A stretch of DNA of 64,000 bases from a virus (lineage: Duplodnaviria; Caudoviricetes). Position 1 is the stretch's first letter. Every line of letters begins with the position of its first letter. The notes below the pieces were generated by a model. That model made no database searches. It saw only the letters and a list, made by a program, of their open reading frames with translations, and was not told where the DNA came from. The position numbers were made by a program, and so were the translations under genes. Positions 8,585-16,775 of the stretch are shown here, piece by piece. The stretch spans positions 1 through 64,000 of IMG/VR virus record IMGVR_UViG_2740892367_000002; one strand, given 5' to 3'.

Positions 8585-8922
8585 AGCACACCTCCATTGC
8601 GCGGCAGCAGGTGATTCGGTGTGCGGGCCACGAGCGCCCGGAACTCGGCTTCGCAGCGCTCCACGGCCTCAGCCATCTCTCGATCGGTCTCGGCAACCAG
8701 GTGCGCGACGTCGGACAGGTATTGCTGGAACACCTGACGGCCCAGCGAGGCCAGCGCCGCGTCATCCAGCTTGTTGCGCAGCACGAAGTCAGCGACGGCG
8801 CCCAGATACGGGCCGGCCTCAATGTCGTTGTCGTTCGCGAAGTTCAGGCCGTCCTTCGAGACGACCATCGCAATCAGGCGTTCTGCGCCGGTGAAGTTCT
8901 GCGGGGATTTGGTGGCGGGCAT
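8581..8922 (-). CDS. First gene of the PL operon, hypothetical
   Basis: 113 aa, AGGAG RBS, directly downstream of PL. Confidence 0.65.
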   Translation of the reverse strand: MPATKSPQNFTGAERLIAMVVSKDGLNFANDNDIEAGPYLGAVADFVLRNKLDDAALASLGRQVFQQYLSDVAHLVAETDREMAEAVERCEAEFRALVARTPNHLLPRNGGVL

Positions 8923-8952
8923 CGCGGGCTCCTGTCAGAGGTTGCGCTGATT

Positions 8953-9018
8953 TGTGTAGCAGCGCTTGACAGATGCAAGTGTAGCAATACTTCCCACAAT
9001 GTCAAGCGTCACTACACA
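8953..9018 (-). promoter_or_regulatory. PL/OL of prophage 1: three operators
   Basis: TGTAGCN4CTT(G/C)(A/C)C-like boxes at 8953, 8978 and (inverted) 9000; minus-strand TTGACA-16 bp-TACACT. Confidence 0.75.
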
Positions 9019-9027
9019 TCGTGGGCG

Positions 9028-9054
9028 AAAAAAAGCCCGCTCGGCGGCGGGCTT
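9028..9054 (-). terminator. Intrinsic terminator of the cI-lipoprotein transcript
   Basis: GCCCGC stem followed by T7 on the minus strand. Confidence 0.75.
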
Positions 9055-9076
9055 GTCGCGGTATGGCGCTTTCCTG

Positions 9077-9745
9077 CTAGGGCTCAGAGTTAATGGGAAC
9101 TATCAATTTAAGGGTCTCTCTTGTATCGACGCCCAGATATGGGGCGGCAGCCCTTATCATCACTGGCAGGACCTTACGCAAGTCACCGGAGCTACCGGAA
9201 CTGACGATGGTCGTACTCCACAGCTCTACAGGTTTTCCTCCAGCAGTAGGTGGGGCGTAGGCCCCTACGTGAACGGATCGGGTGTAGTGGGTCTCCGAAT
9301 CCGTCGTTGTAACCACCCCTGTAACTCCATAAGTGGGGGTGAAATTCGTTGTAGACGTGAATCCTCCTCGATACGTCGAGCCATAGGTGGTGGCTGACGC
9401 CACGCCGGTTTGGCCGAATACGGGAATATCCCGAGTGGTTTGGATTGTTCGCGGGTCGCCGATCTTGTATGAGAGCATCACGACCATATCGGCAGATTCT
9501 AGTCGCTGAGATTTAAGATATCCGCGACGCTTCAATGCAGCGTCGAGATAGCTCGCGAACTCTTGGAACTGCAGGTCACCTTCATCGATATTTTTGTCGC
9601 CAGGGAACAAGATGTACGTCGTTTTCCCATTAGCCAGCGGGCTGGCCAGCGAACTCACGTTGATTTCGTAGCGCGGCTGCATCGATTGCGTTGCGCATCC
9701 GCTCAGCGCAGCGACCAAGACAGCTCCAAGAGCAATACTCTTCAT
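9077..9745 (-). CDS. Lipoprotein co-transcribed with cI (lysogenic conversion/exclusion candidate)
   Basis: MKSIALGAVLVAALSG-C lipobox; ATGA overlap with cI stop; lower GC than flanks. Confidence 0.75.
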   Translation of the reverse strand: MKSIALGAVLVAALSGCATQSMQPRYEINVSSLASPLANGKTTYILFPGDKNIDEGDLQFQEFASYLDAALKRRGYLKSQRLESADMVVMLSYKIGDPRTIQTTRDIPVFGQTGVASATTYGSTYRGGFTSTTNFTPTYGVTGVVTTTDSETHYTRSVHVGAYAPPTAGGKPVELWSTTIVSSGSSGDLRKVLPVMIRAAAPYLGVDTRETLKLIVPINSEP

Positions 9746-10392
9746 TCCGGAACCCATTTCCCGATGATTACCCCAATGATCGAGTCTTCGTCGGACAGCG
9801 ACTCGATCTCCTCTGGCCACTTTTTATTGAGTGGCTGCACCATACGCTTCCCGTTTTCAATGAGCAGCTGCCGAAACAGCGTCTCGTCCGTCCGCTTTTT
9901 ATGAACCAGGACCATGTTGCCACTAATTGCTGGGCGGGCTGGATCCACGGCAATGAAGTCCCCTTGGCTATAGGACTTCGGGCCGGTCGGGTCATACATA
10001 CTGTGACCCGGAACGGTTGTTATGAAAGCTTCTTGACTATGTGCAAAGGGGCACGGAATGCGCTCAAGGGTGCATAGCTCTTTCTCATCTGCCATTTTTT
10101 CCCTCCACTTTGGGGCCTCACTCATGTCAATCAGAGGGAGGCCCACCGGTCTGTGTAAGGGAATCGGCGTGCGATGTTCTGTGCTCACGGGAACTGAATT
10201 TCCGTTGAGCAGATGCTCCACAGATGTGCCAAAGAGCTTGGCTAGGCGGGAAAGTTTGTCTTGATCTGGGCGAGTGTCGCCGCGCTCCCAGGAGCCAACG
10301 GCGCTTCGTGTGATTCCGAAAGCGTCGCCTACTTGCTGGAGCGTCATGTTTTTTTGAAGGCGTAAAGCCTTGATTCTTTGGCCGACATTCAT
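9742..10392 (-). CDS. cI: CI-like repressor (XRE HTH plus degenerate S24 domain)
   Basis: MTLQQVGDAFGITRSAVGSWERG HTH; GHSM...GDFIAVDP S24-like C-terminus; divergent from cro. Confidence 0.88.
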   Translation of the reverse strand: MNVGQRIKALRLQKNMTLQQVGDAFGITRSAVGSWERGDTRPDQDKLSRLAKLFGTSVEHLLNGNSVPVSTEHRTPIPLHRPVGLPLIDMSEAPKWREKMADEKELCTLERIPCPFAHSQEAFITTVPGHSMYDPTGPKSYSQGDFIAVDPARPAISGNMVLVHKKRTDETLFRQLLIENGKRMVQPLNKKWPEEIESLSDEDSIIGVIIGKWVPE

Positions 10393-10393
10393 G

Positions 10394-10477
10394 GTTAGCG
10401 TAACTTAACACTTGCCTGTGTAGCGTTGCTTCCCTATACTGTGTAGCGACACTTGACGGAACTGGAGTCGCTACACA
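10394..10477 (+). promoter_or_regulatory. PR/OR of prophage 1
   Basis: TTGCCT-17 bp-TATACT (10412-10440); boxes TGTGTAGCGTTGCTTCCC and TGTGTAGCGACACTTGAC match the OL boxes. Confidence 0.78.
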
Positions 10478-10731
10478 TGGAAACCACCCGCTCTGAAGAA
10501 CTGCGGCGCGCGATCGAGGACGCTGGCGGCGCTGTCGCCGTTGCAACCTTGCTCGATGTTTCCCGCCACGCCATCTACGACTACATACGTCGTGGTCGCG
10601 TACCCGCCGAGCACTGCCCAACGATCGAGCGCCATTGCTCCGGTCGCGTTCGCTGCGAAGTCTTGAATCCATCAGTTGACTGGAACTACCTGCGCGAGCA
10701 TTCAGCTCACGCGGAGCCCGCAGCTGCCTGA
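10477..10731 (+). CDS. cro: Cro-like regulator (YdaS-type)
   Basis: AGGAVAVATLLDVSRHAIY...VPAEHCPTIE...LNPSVDW. Confidence 0.82.
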   Translation: METTRSEELRRAIEDAGGAVAVATLLDVSRHAIYDYIRRGRVPAEHCPTIERHCSGRVRCEVLNPSVDWNYLREHSAHAEPAAA

Positions 10732-10739
10732 GGACAGCC

Positions 10740-11054
10740 ATGAACATCGCAGAAGAAGTCTCTACCGAAGAGATCGAAAGCACACGCAAGCTGGGTGCAC
10801 GCAATGAGGCCGAGGTTTTGCGCGCTGTTGCACGCATGACGCAGGCTCATGCAGCCGCTTGCTTGGGGGTCTCCGCCAGCACGATCAGCCGCACGCTCGA
10901 AGACTTGCCGCGGTGGGCACACATGCTCGCTGCGCTGGGTCTGCAAGTCGCGCCCATCGGCTCGATGGTGGTGGATTCCGAGGATTTGAGATCGCTCAAA
11001 CGGATGGCCCTGCGCTATCTGGAGGCCGATCTGCAGTTGCCTGGTCAAGGTTGA
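10740..11054 (+). CDS. cII: CII-like regulator
   Basis: TQAHAAACLGVSASTISR HTH, LAALGLQV; position after cro. Confidence 0.75.
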   Translation: MNIAEEVSTEEIESTRKLGARNEAEVLRAVARMTQAHAAACLGVSASTISRTLEDLPRWAHMLAALGLQVAPIGSMVVDSEDLRSLKRMALRYLEADLQLPGQG

Positions 11055-11057
11055 CAC

Positions 11058-12017
11058 ATGAGTGCATTGCCCGAGCCGCTGACGCCGGCCGACTGCGACC
11101 TGCGTGAATTTCCGTTCATGCCGCTGGACGTTGGTCGTCTGCGCGATAGCAAGCTGGTTTCGCACGTGCCACCGGCACAGTGTTTCTTCGCCGTGATCTT
11201 GTGGTGCGCGTCGTGGCATCAGATCCCCGCCGCGTCATTGCCCGATGACGATATCGAGCTCGCGCGCCTCGCGGGCTTTGGCTTTGTCGTGAAGGAATGG
11301 AAGAAGGTGCGCGCTGGCGCTCTGTATGGCTGGCTCAAGTGCGCCGACGGCAGGCTCTATCACCCGGTAGTCGCGGAGAAGGCTCTCACGGCCTGGCAAT
11401 CCAAGCATGAGCAGCGCTGGAAATCCGAGTGCGCACGCATCAAAAAGCACAACCAGCGCCACGGTACGAGCATCCCGTATCCCACTCTGAATGACTTTTT
11501 GTCCCCGGGTTACGTCGATCCAACGAAAGGGGACAAACGCCTTGTGTCCCCGGGGACAAATGAACCACGTCCCGATTTTGTCCCAGGGACATTCAATCCA
11601 ACAGAAGGGATACAGAAGGGAGAAGGAAAAGAAAAGAAAGACAGTGGTACTTCAACCGTCAGTGGTACCTCTGCTTCGCGTGCGCATGCGAACCCCCCGC
11701 GCAATGCTGGCGATTGGGCGAGTTACTTCCGCGATCGCTACGGCGTGGAGATCGACGTGTCCAGCCTCCACGAGCGAAAGAAGGTCTGGCCGATCTTCAC
11801 GGCCTGGTGCAACGCAGGGCTGACGCTCGAGCAGATCGACGACGCCGTCACGCAGGCCCGCAAGCAGGCCAAGCAACCCATCGCATTCCTGCCCAGCTAC
11901 GTCGATCGCGTGCTGGCATCGCAAGCCCAAGGCGTTGGCATCGACAACGACGCCGAGAACGCTAAAGCCGCCGCGCTGCTGTTTGGCGGTGACATCCCGG
12001 AGGTGATCCATGGTTGA
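11058..12017 (+). CDS. Replication initiator (DUF1376/YdaU-like)
   Basis: FPFMPLDVGRLRDS, PAASLPDDD, DGRLYHPVVAE; contains iterons. Confidence 0.78.
   Translation: MSALPEPLTPADCDLREFPFMPLDVGRLRDSKLVSHVPPAQCFFAVILWCASWHQIPAASLPDDDIELARLAGFGFVVKEWKKVRAGALYGWLKCADGRLYHPVVAEKALTAWQSKHEQRWKSECARIKKHNQRHGTSIPYPTLNDFLSPGYVDPTKGDKRLVSPGTNEPRPDFVPGTFNPTEGIQKGEGKEKKDSGTSTVSGTSASRAHANPPRNAGDWASYFRDRYGVEIDVSSLHERKKVWPIFTAWCNAGLTLEQIDDAVTQARKQAKQPIAFLPSYVDRVLASQAQGVGIDNDAENAKAAALLFGGDIPEVIHG
11500..11591. repeat. Iteron-like repeats (origin of prophage 1)
   Basis: TGTCCCCGGG, GGGGACA, TGTCCCCGGGGACA, TGTCCCAGGGACA followed by an A-rich tract inside the initiator gene. Confidence 0.65.
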
Positions 12018-12762
12018 GAACGATTTCCCGGCATTCGCCAAGATGCTGGACACCGTGTACTCGCTGCACGGCAAGAGCCTGAACGGCGAATCCAAGGCGC
12101 TGTTCTTCCGCGCCATGGCTCAGTTCCCGCTGCCGATGGTGCGCGCTGCCATGGATGCCCATGTGCGTGACCCGGACCGCGGCCAGTACGCTCCGAAGCC
12201 AGCGGATCTGATGGCCCAGATCGTGGGCAAGGTGCAGAGTGACGGCCGGCCCGGCGCAGACGAGGCATGGGCGATTTCGCTGACCTCGCGAGACGAAGCA
12301 AAGACCGTTGTCTGGACGCAGGAGATGGCAGAGGCCTTCGAAATCTGCAGGCCCGTGCTCGAAGAGGGTGACGAGGTGGGCGCCCGCATGGCGTTCAAGG
12401 ACGCGTACAACCGGCTGGTGACCGAAGCCCGCCGCGACGGCAAGCCTCTCACCTGGAACGCGTCGCTCGGTTGGGATCTGGACAGCCGGCAGGAGGCGCT
12501 GCATCTGGCCGTCACCCGCAATCAACTCCCCGCGCCGGCCGTCGCAGCATTGCTTCCCCCGCCCGTCACGGACGACGGCTACGACAGCGCCAAGGCCTCA
12601 CAGCAGCTCGCCGAGATCCGCAAAATGCTGGCTTCGATGGGCACTGCAGCCGAGCGTCGCCAGCGTGCCAAGGAACGCGCAGCACAGGCCCAGCGAGACG
12701 CCGAGCACGCCAAGAAACGGGAGATCGCCGCCCGCGTTGCCACCTACGGGAGCGCGGAATGA
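12010..12762 (+). CDS. Replication accessory protein (P-like position)
   Basis: Overlaps initiator; PKPADL, GRPGADEAW, ARMAFKDAY motifs. Confidence 0.65.
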   Translation: MVENDFPAFAKMLDTVYSLHGKSLNGESKALFFRAMAQFPLPMVRAAMDAHVRDPDRGQYAPKPADLMAQIVGKVQSDGRPGADEAWAISLTSRDEAKTVVWTQEMAEAFEICRPVLEEGDEVGARMAFKDAYNRLVTEARRDGKPLTWNASLGWDLDSRQEALHLAVTRNQLPAPAVAALLPPPVTDDGYDSAKASQQLAEIRKMLASMGTAAERRQRAKERAAQAQRDAEHAKKREIAARVATYGSAE

Positions 12763-12873
12763 CCCCGTACTACGTCGCCTCGGACCAATGCACCGACCTT
12801 GAACCGTTCCCCGGCTGGTACGTCCTCGACGACGCTGGCCAACCCGTCGAAGTGCTGGAAAGGGCTGGAAATC

Positions 12874-13452
12874 ATGACTGACCTTTTCGCGGTGATCGAG
12901 AGCGCGGAAGTCACTGAAGCGCAATGGAATTCCCTCGCAGCAACGGGTACGCCCGCATCCATCGCGCGCACGCCCGCGCGCATTTCGGCACCGGCGTGCA
13001 ACGTGCTGGCGCTGGACTTGGCCACGCGATGCGGCTGGGCCTACGCCATGCGCGACGGCAAGCAGCGTAGCGGCACGGAGCTTTTCAAGCCCGGCAGGCT
13101 CGACCACAACGGCCAGCGCTGGGCGCAGATGCGCGCGTGGCTCTCGGAGGTTGCACGCGAGATGGGCGAGATCCACGTCGTGTACTTCGAGGACGTGAAG
13201 CGCCACGTGTCGAACCTCTCGGCGCGTGTGTACTTCGGCTACCTCGCGATCCTCGAAGCCTGGTGCGCGGCGAACAACGTGCGGCTCGTCGGGGTCGGCG
13301 TGGGCACGGTCAAGAAGGCGTGGACCGGTTTCGGCAACGCCACCAAGGACGACATGATCGCCGAGGCCACGCGCCGCGGCTTCAAGGTCGTCGACGATAA
13401 CCATGCTGATGCTCTGGCGATCCTGAGTTACGGCGTGAAGCGGGAGCAATGA
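12874..13452 (+). CDS. RuvC-like Holliday junction resolvase
   Basis: VLALDLATRCGWA, YFEDV, KKAWTGFGNATKDDMI, NHADALAI. Confidence 0.78.
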   Translation: MTDLFAVIESAEVTEAQWNSLAATGTPASIARTPARISAPACNVLALDLATRCGWAYAMRDGKQRSGTELFKPGRLDHNGQRWAQMRAWLSEVAREMGEIHVVYFEDVKRHVSNLSARVYFGYLAILEAWCAANNVRLVGVGVGTVKKAWTGFGNATKDDMIAEATRRGFKVVDDNHADALAILSYGVKREQ

Positions 13453-13646
13453 CCATGACAGCCATCGCCTTCATCCTCGCCTTCATCGCAGGCACCGTCT
13501 TCGGCGCCACGGTGATGGGGCTGTGCATGGCCGCGAAGCTCGGCGAGGACGACCCCACCGAGCACGACGATCACACACTCGAATCCATGCGCCGCGAGAC
13601 GTTCGATCGCTGGCGCGATAACCGCGTGCAGCACGTTCAGGACTGA
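13449..13646 (+). CDS. Small membrane protein
   Basis: Hydrophobic N-terminal segment; overlapping start. Confidence 0.55.
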   Translation: MTMTAIAFILAFIAGTVFGATVMGLCMAAKLGEDDPTEHDDHTLESMRRETFDRWRDNRVQHVQD

Positions 13647-13783
13647 GGATGACATGCCTACTTTCTTCCACCTCATCTTCTGGCCGTATCTGGTCTGGGC
13701 TGCTCTCTGCGGCCAGCCTCGCCGGCGACATCCAGGTGACGACGCGCCACCTCCAACTAGCGCTCTTCACGGGCGATGACGCC

Positions 13784-13993
13784 ATGACAGAGCGCACCCT
13801 GATCGGACGTGAGGAAGCCGCTGAACTGCTGAATCTCAGCGTCAACGGCCTGATCGGGCGCACTCGTGAAAAGAACTATCGGCCACGGCCAGTCCGACAA
13901 GGGCGCCGTGTGCTGTACGACCTGGAAGAGGTGATGGAAGTGAAGCGGGTGATGGACTGGCTGCGCGGGCGTGACCTGCCGAGGGGGGCGTGA
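13784..13993 (+). CDS. AlpA/excisionase-like HTH protein
   Basis: LIGREEAAELLNLS...RPRPVRQGRRVLYDLEEV. Confidence 0.6.
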   Translation: MTERTLIGREEAAELLNLSVNGLIGRTREKNYRPRPVRQGRRVLYDLEEVMEVKRVMDWLRGRDLPRGA

Positions 13994-14475
13994 TGCCGAA
14001 GATCAAGGGCGATGGCCTCAACGACAAGATGAAGCGCTTCGTGGCCGAATACCTCGTCGACCAGAACGCGCTGCAGGCATGCATTCGCGCTGGCTACTCC
14101 GCCAACAGCGCGCGCGTGCACAGCAACCGCCTCATGCAGAACCCTGCAGTCAAGGCTGCGATCGAGGCCAAGCTCGGCAAGGTGCTGAACAAGCTGGAGA
14201 TCACAGCCGAGCGCGTGCTGCTGGAGCGTGCCCGCCTGGCGTTCCTCGACCCGCGCAAGCTGGTCGACGCCAAGGGCAAGGCGCTGGGCATTCACCAGCT
14301 GGACGAGGACACCGCCGCTGCCGTGGCTGGCTTCGAGGTCGAGCGCGGCCGGGTCACGAAGATCAAGCTTTCCGACAAGTCCGCCTCTCTCACGGCCCTG
14401 GAGAAACATCTGGGCCTCTACAAAGATGGCGATAGCGATGCGTCGCCGCTCCACATTCACCTCCACTTGGACTGA
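13990..14475 (+). CDS. terS: Terminase small subunit
   Basis: KRFVAEYLVDQNALQACIRAGYS...LEKHLGLY. Confidence 0.88.
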   Translation: MMPKIKGDGLNDKMKRFVAEYLVDQNALQACIRAGYSANSARVHSNRLMQNPAVKAAIEAKLGKVLNKLEITAERVLLERARLAFLDPRKLVDAKGKALGIHQLDEDTAAAVAGFEVERGRVTKIKLSDKSASLTALEKHLGLYKDGDSDASPLHIHLHLD

Positions 14476-14477
14476 CC

Positions 14478-14729
14478 ATGCGCATCCAGAACATCCTGAT
14501 CCAGAAGAGCCCTGTGCACGACGCTGCATGGGCCATGCACATCGAGATCAACGACTGCAAGTTCTCGGGCTATTTCGATGACTTCGGCGGGTTCATCACT
14601 GCCGTGACCGAGGCAGCCAAGTTCTTCGCCGTCCGCGCCGGCAAGCTGCGGGTGCGCGATGCCAACCTGACGCGCCAGGTCGTTCCGGGTGACGGTCGTG
14701 TCGTGCTGCCCGGGGACAAGCTGCAATGA
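14478..14729 (+). CDS. Hypothetical protein between terS and terL
   Basis: 83 aa; stop overlaps terL start. Confidence 0.55.
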   Translation: MRIQNILIQKSPVHDAAWAMHIEINDCKFSGYFDDFGGFITAVTEAAKFFAVRAGKLRVRDANLTRQVVPGDGRVVLPGDKLQ

Positions 14730-16219
14730 GCGACCTCACCGGCTCGACCGGACAGGTGATCCACTACAAGCCGCCGGGTCCGGTCGGCAAGGCATTTATC
14801 CTGTCCGATGCCTTTGTGGCTGGTATCCGCGGGCCGGTCGGCTCTGGCAAGTCCGTGTGCTGCGTCATGAAGCTTGTACGCAACCTGCAGAAGCAGAAGC
14901 GCCAGCGCGATGGCTGGATCCGCCGGCGCACCGCGATCATCCGCAACACCTATGCCGAACTGCGCACCACCACCATCAAGACGTGGCACCAGTGGATTCC
15001 GCAGAGCTACGGCACTTACCGCGACACCAGCCCGCCGACGCACCACATTGTCGACGCGGCGCAGAAGATCGATTGGGAGGTGATCTTCATTGCGCTGGAC
15101 CGGCCGGATGACGTGCGCAAGCTGCTATCGCTGGAACTGTCTGACGCGTGGATCAACGAGGCGCGCGAAGTGCCCAAGGCGGTGCTCGACGGACTGTCCG
15201 GCCGAGTGAGCCGCTATCCGCGGCGGGAAGAAGGCGGCTGCACCGACCCGCAGATCCTGATGGACACCAACCCGCCAGACTCGGACCACTGGTGGTATCG
15301 GATGGCAGAAGAGCCGTCGCAGGAGGATCTAGAGACGAATGCCGAGCTTGAGGCACAGCTGCGTGACCTTGGCTCGCTTCGCCCAGACCAGAGCCTCTTT
15401 GCTTGGTTCGCTCAGCCCGGCGGCCGCGCGCCCAATGCCGAAAACACGCAGAACCTCGATCCAGGCTACTACCTCAAGGCCAGCGCCGGCAAGAAGCCGG
15501 AGTGGATCAAGGTCTATGTGGACGGCCAGTATGGCTTCGTTATGGATGGCAAGGTGGTCTATCCCGAGTACAGCGACACGCTGCACTGCCGGCCGTTCAA
15601 TGCCAACCCACGACTTCTGCTGCACATTGGCATGGACTTTGGGTTGACGCCCGCGGCCGTGTTCGCGCAACGAATGCCGAATGGACAGTGGCGCAAGCGC
15701 AGTGAGGTGGTGACCGATCGCGCGGGCGTTATCCGCTTTGCGGGCCTTATCAAGAAGCACCTCGCCGAGCTGTATTCGAACTTCAAGATCGGCAGCATCA
15801 CTGGTGACCCGTCAGGCAATGCGGCCCAGGGCGGCGACGAGGAAGAACGCAACACGTTCCAGCTGCTGGAGGCTCACGGCGTGAAGGCTGTGCCGGCGTA
15901 CACCAACTCTCCTACGCTGCGCATCGAGGCCGCGCGTGACCCGATGACGCGGCTGATCGATGGGGAGCCTGGCATGATCGTGCACCCTGATTGCTCGGTC
16001 CTGCGCAAGGGCTACATGGGCGGCTACCACTACAAGCGGATGCAGATTGGAGGTGCTGAGAAGTACCGCGATGTGCCAGATAAAAACATGTATTCGCACG
16101 TATGTGACGCGGATCAGTATCTTATGATCGGTGCAGGGGAAGGCAAGGCAATCGTGAAGCGCGAGCCCGTGGCCAATCGCCCATCGTTCGCGATCACCGA
16201 CTACAACACCGACTTCTGA
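14726..16219 (+). CDS. terL: Terminase large subunit
   Basis: GPVGSGKS Walker A, WINEARE Walker B, DTNPP, GMDFG nuclease motif, SHVCDA. Confidence 0.92.
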   Translation: MSDLTGSTGQVIHYKPPGPVGKAFILSDAFVAGIRGPVGSGKSVCCVMKLVRNLQKQKRQRDGWIRRRTAIIRNTYAELRTTTIKTWHQWIPQSYGTYRDTSPPTHHIVDAAQKIDWEVIFIALDRPDDVRKLLSLELSDAWINEAREVPKAVLDGLSGRVSRYPRREEGGCTDPQILMDTNPPDSDHWWYRMAEEPSQEDLETNAELEAQLRDLGSLRPDQSLFAWFAQPGGRAPNAENTQNLDPGYYLKASAGKKPEWIKVYVDGQYGFVMDGKVVYPEYSDTLHCRPFNANPRLLLHIGMDFGLTPAAVFAQRMPNGQWRKRSEVVTDRAGVIRFAGLIKKHLAELYSNFKIGSITGDPSGNAAQGGDEEERNTFQLLEAHGVKAVPAYTNSPTLRIEAARDPMTRLIDGEPGMIVHPDCSVLRKGYMGGYHYKRMQIGGAEKYRDVPDKNMYSHVCDADQYLMIGAGEGKAIVKREPVANRPSFAITDYNTDF

Positions 16220-16228
16220 GGATCGATC

Positions 16229-16447
16229 ATGTCCACGCTTTTCAGCAGCCCAAGCACTCCGAAGCCACCGCCTCCGACACCAGCGCCGCCGCCGCCCACC
16301 GTGGACAACGCGGCAGTGCAGGGCGATAACGACGCGGCTGCGCTGCGCCAGCGCCGTGGCATGGCCTCGACGATCCTGGCTGGCTCCAACCAATCCACCT
16401 CCACCACTCAACCGCAAACCGGCGCAGCGCGCCTGCTCGGGAGCTGA
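16229..16447 (+). CDS. Small Pro-rich virion-associated protein
   Basis: PKPPPP...RRGMASTIL pattern seen before portal genes in podoviruses. Confidence 0.65.
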   Translation: MSTLFSSPSTPKPPPPTPAPPPPTVDNAAVQGDNDAAALRQRRGMASTILAGSNQSTSTTQPQTGAARLLGS

Positions 16448-16449
16448 AC

Positions 16450-16773
16450 ATGGCACGACGCATTCGACTTGACCTGATGGGCGGCCCCGCAAACACGCAG
16501 CCGCAGACTGGTAACGGCACGCAGTTCGATTGGCCAGGTGGTGACGGCGTGTTTCTAGTGGAAGCCGGATCGGGGGCTGTTGGGCTGCAGATCCTCGGCC
16601 CGGGTGGCACGTGGATCAACGTCATCAACTACGCGACCACGACGGACATTTCGTCCACCGGCCCGAAGATGGCCAACTTCCGCGCGCCGGCTGGTGCCAT
16701 CCGTGCGGCTGCCGGGGCCTCTACCGGTGTGGTGTGCTCGGTCGTGGGTGTGCCGGGCAACGTGGCAGGCTGA
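16450..16773 (+). CDS. Hypothetical structural protein
   Basis: 107 aa, Gly-rich, in late operon. Confidence 0.55.
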   Translation: MARRIRLDLMGGPANTQPQTGNGTQFDWPGGDGVFLVEAGSGAVGLQILGPGGTWINVINYATTTDISSTGPKMANFRAPAGAIRAAAGASTGVVCSVVGVPGNVAG

Positions 16774-16775
16774 TT

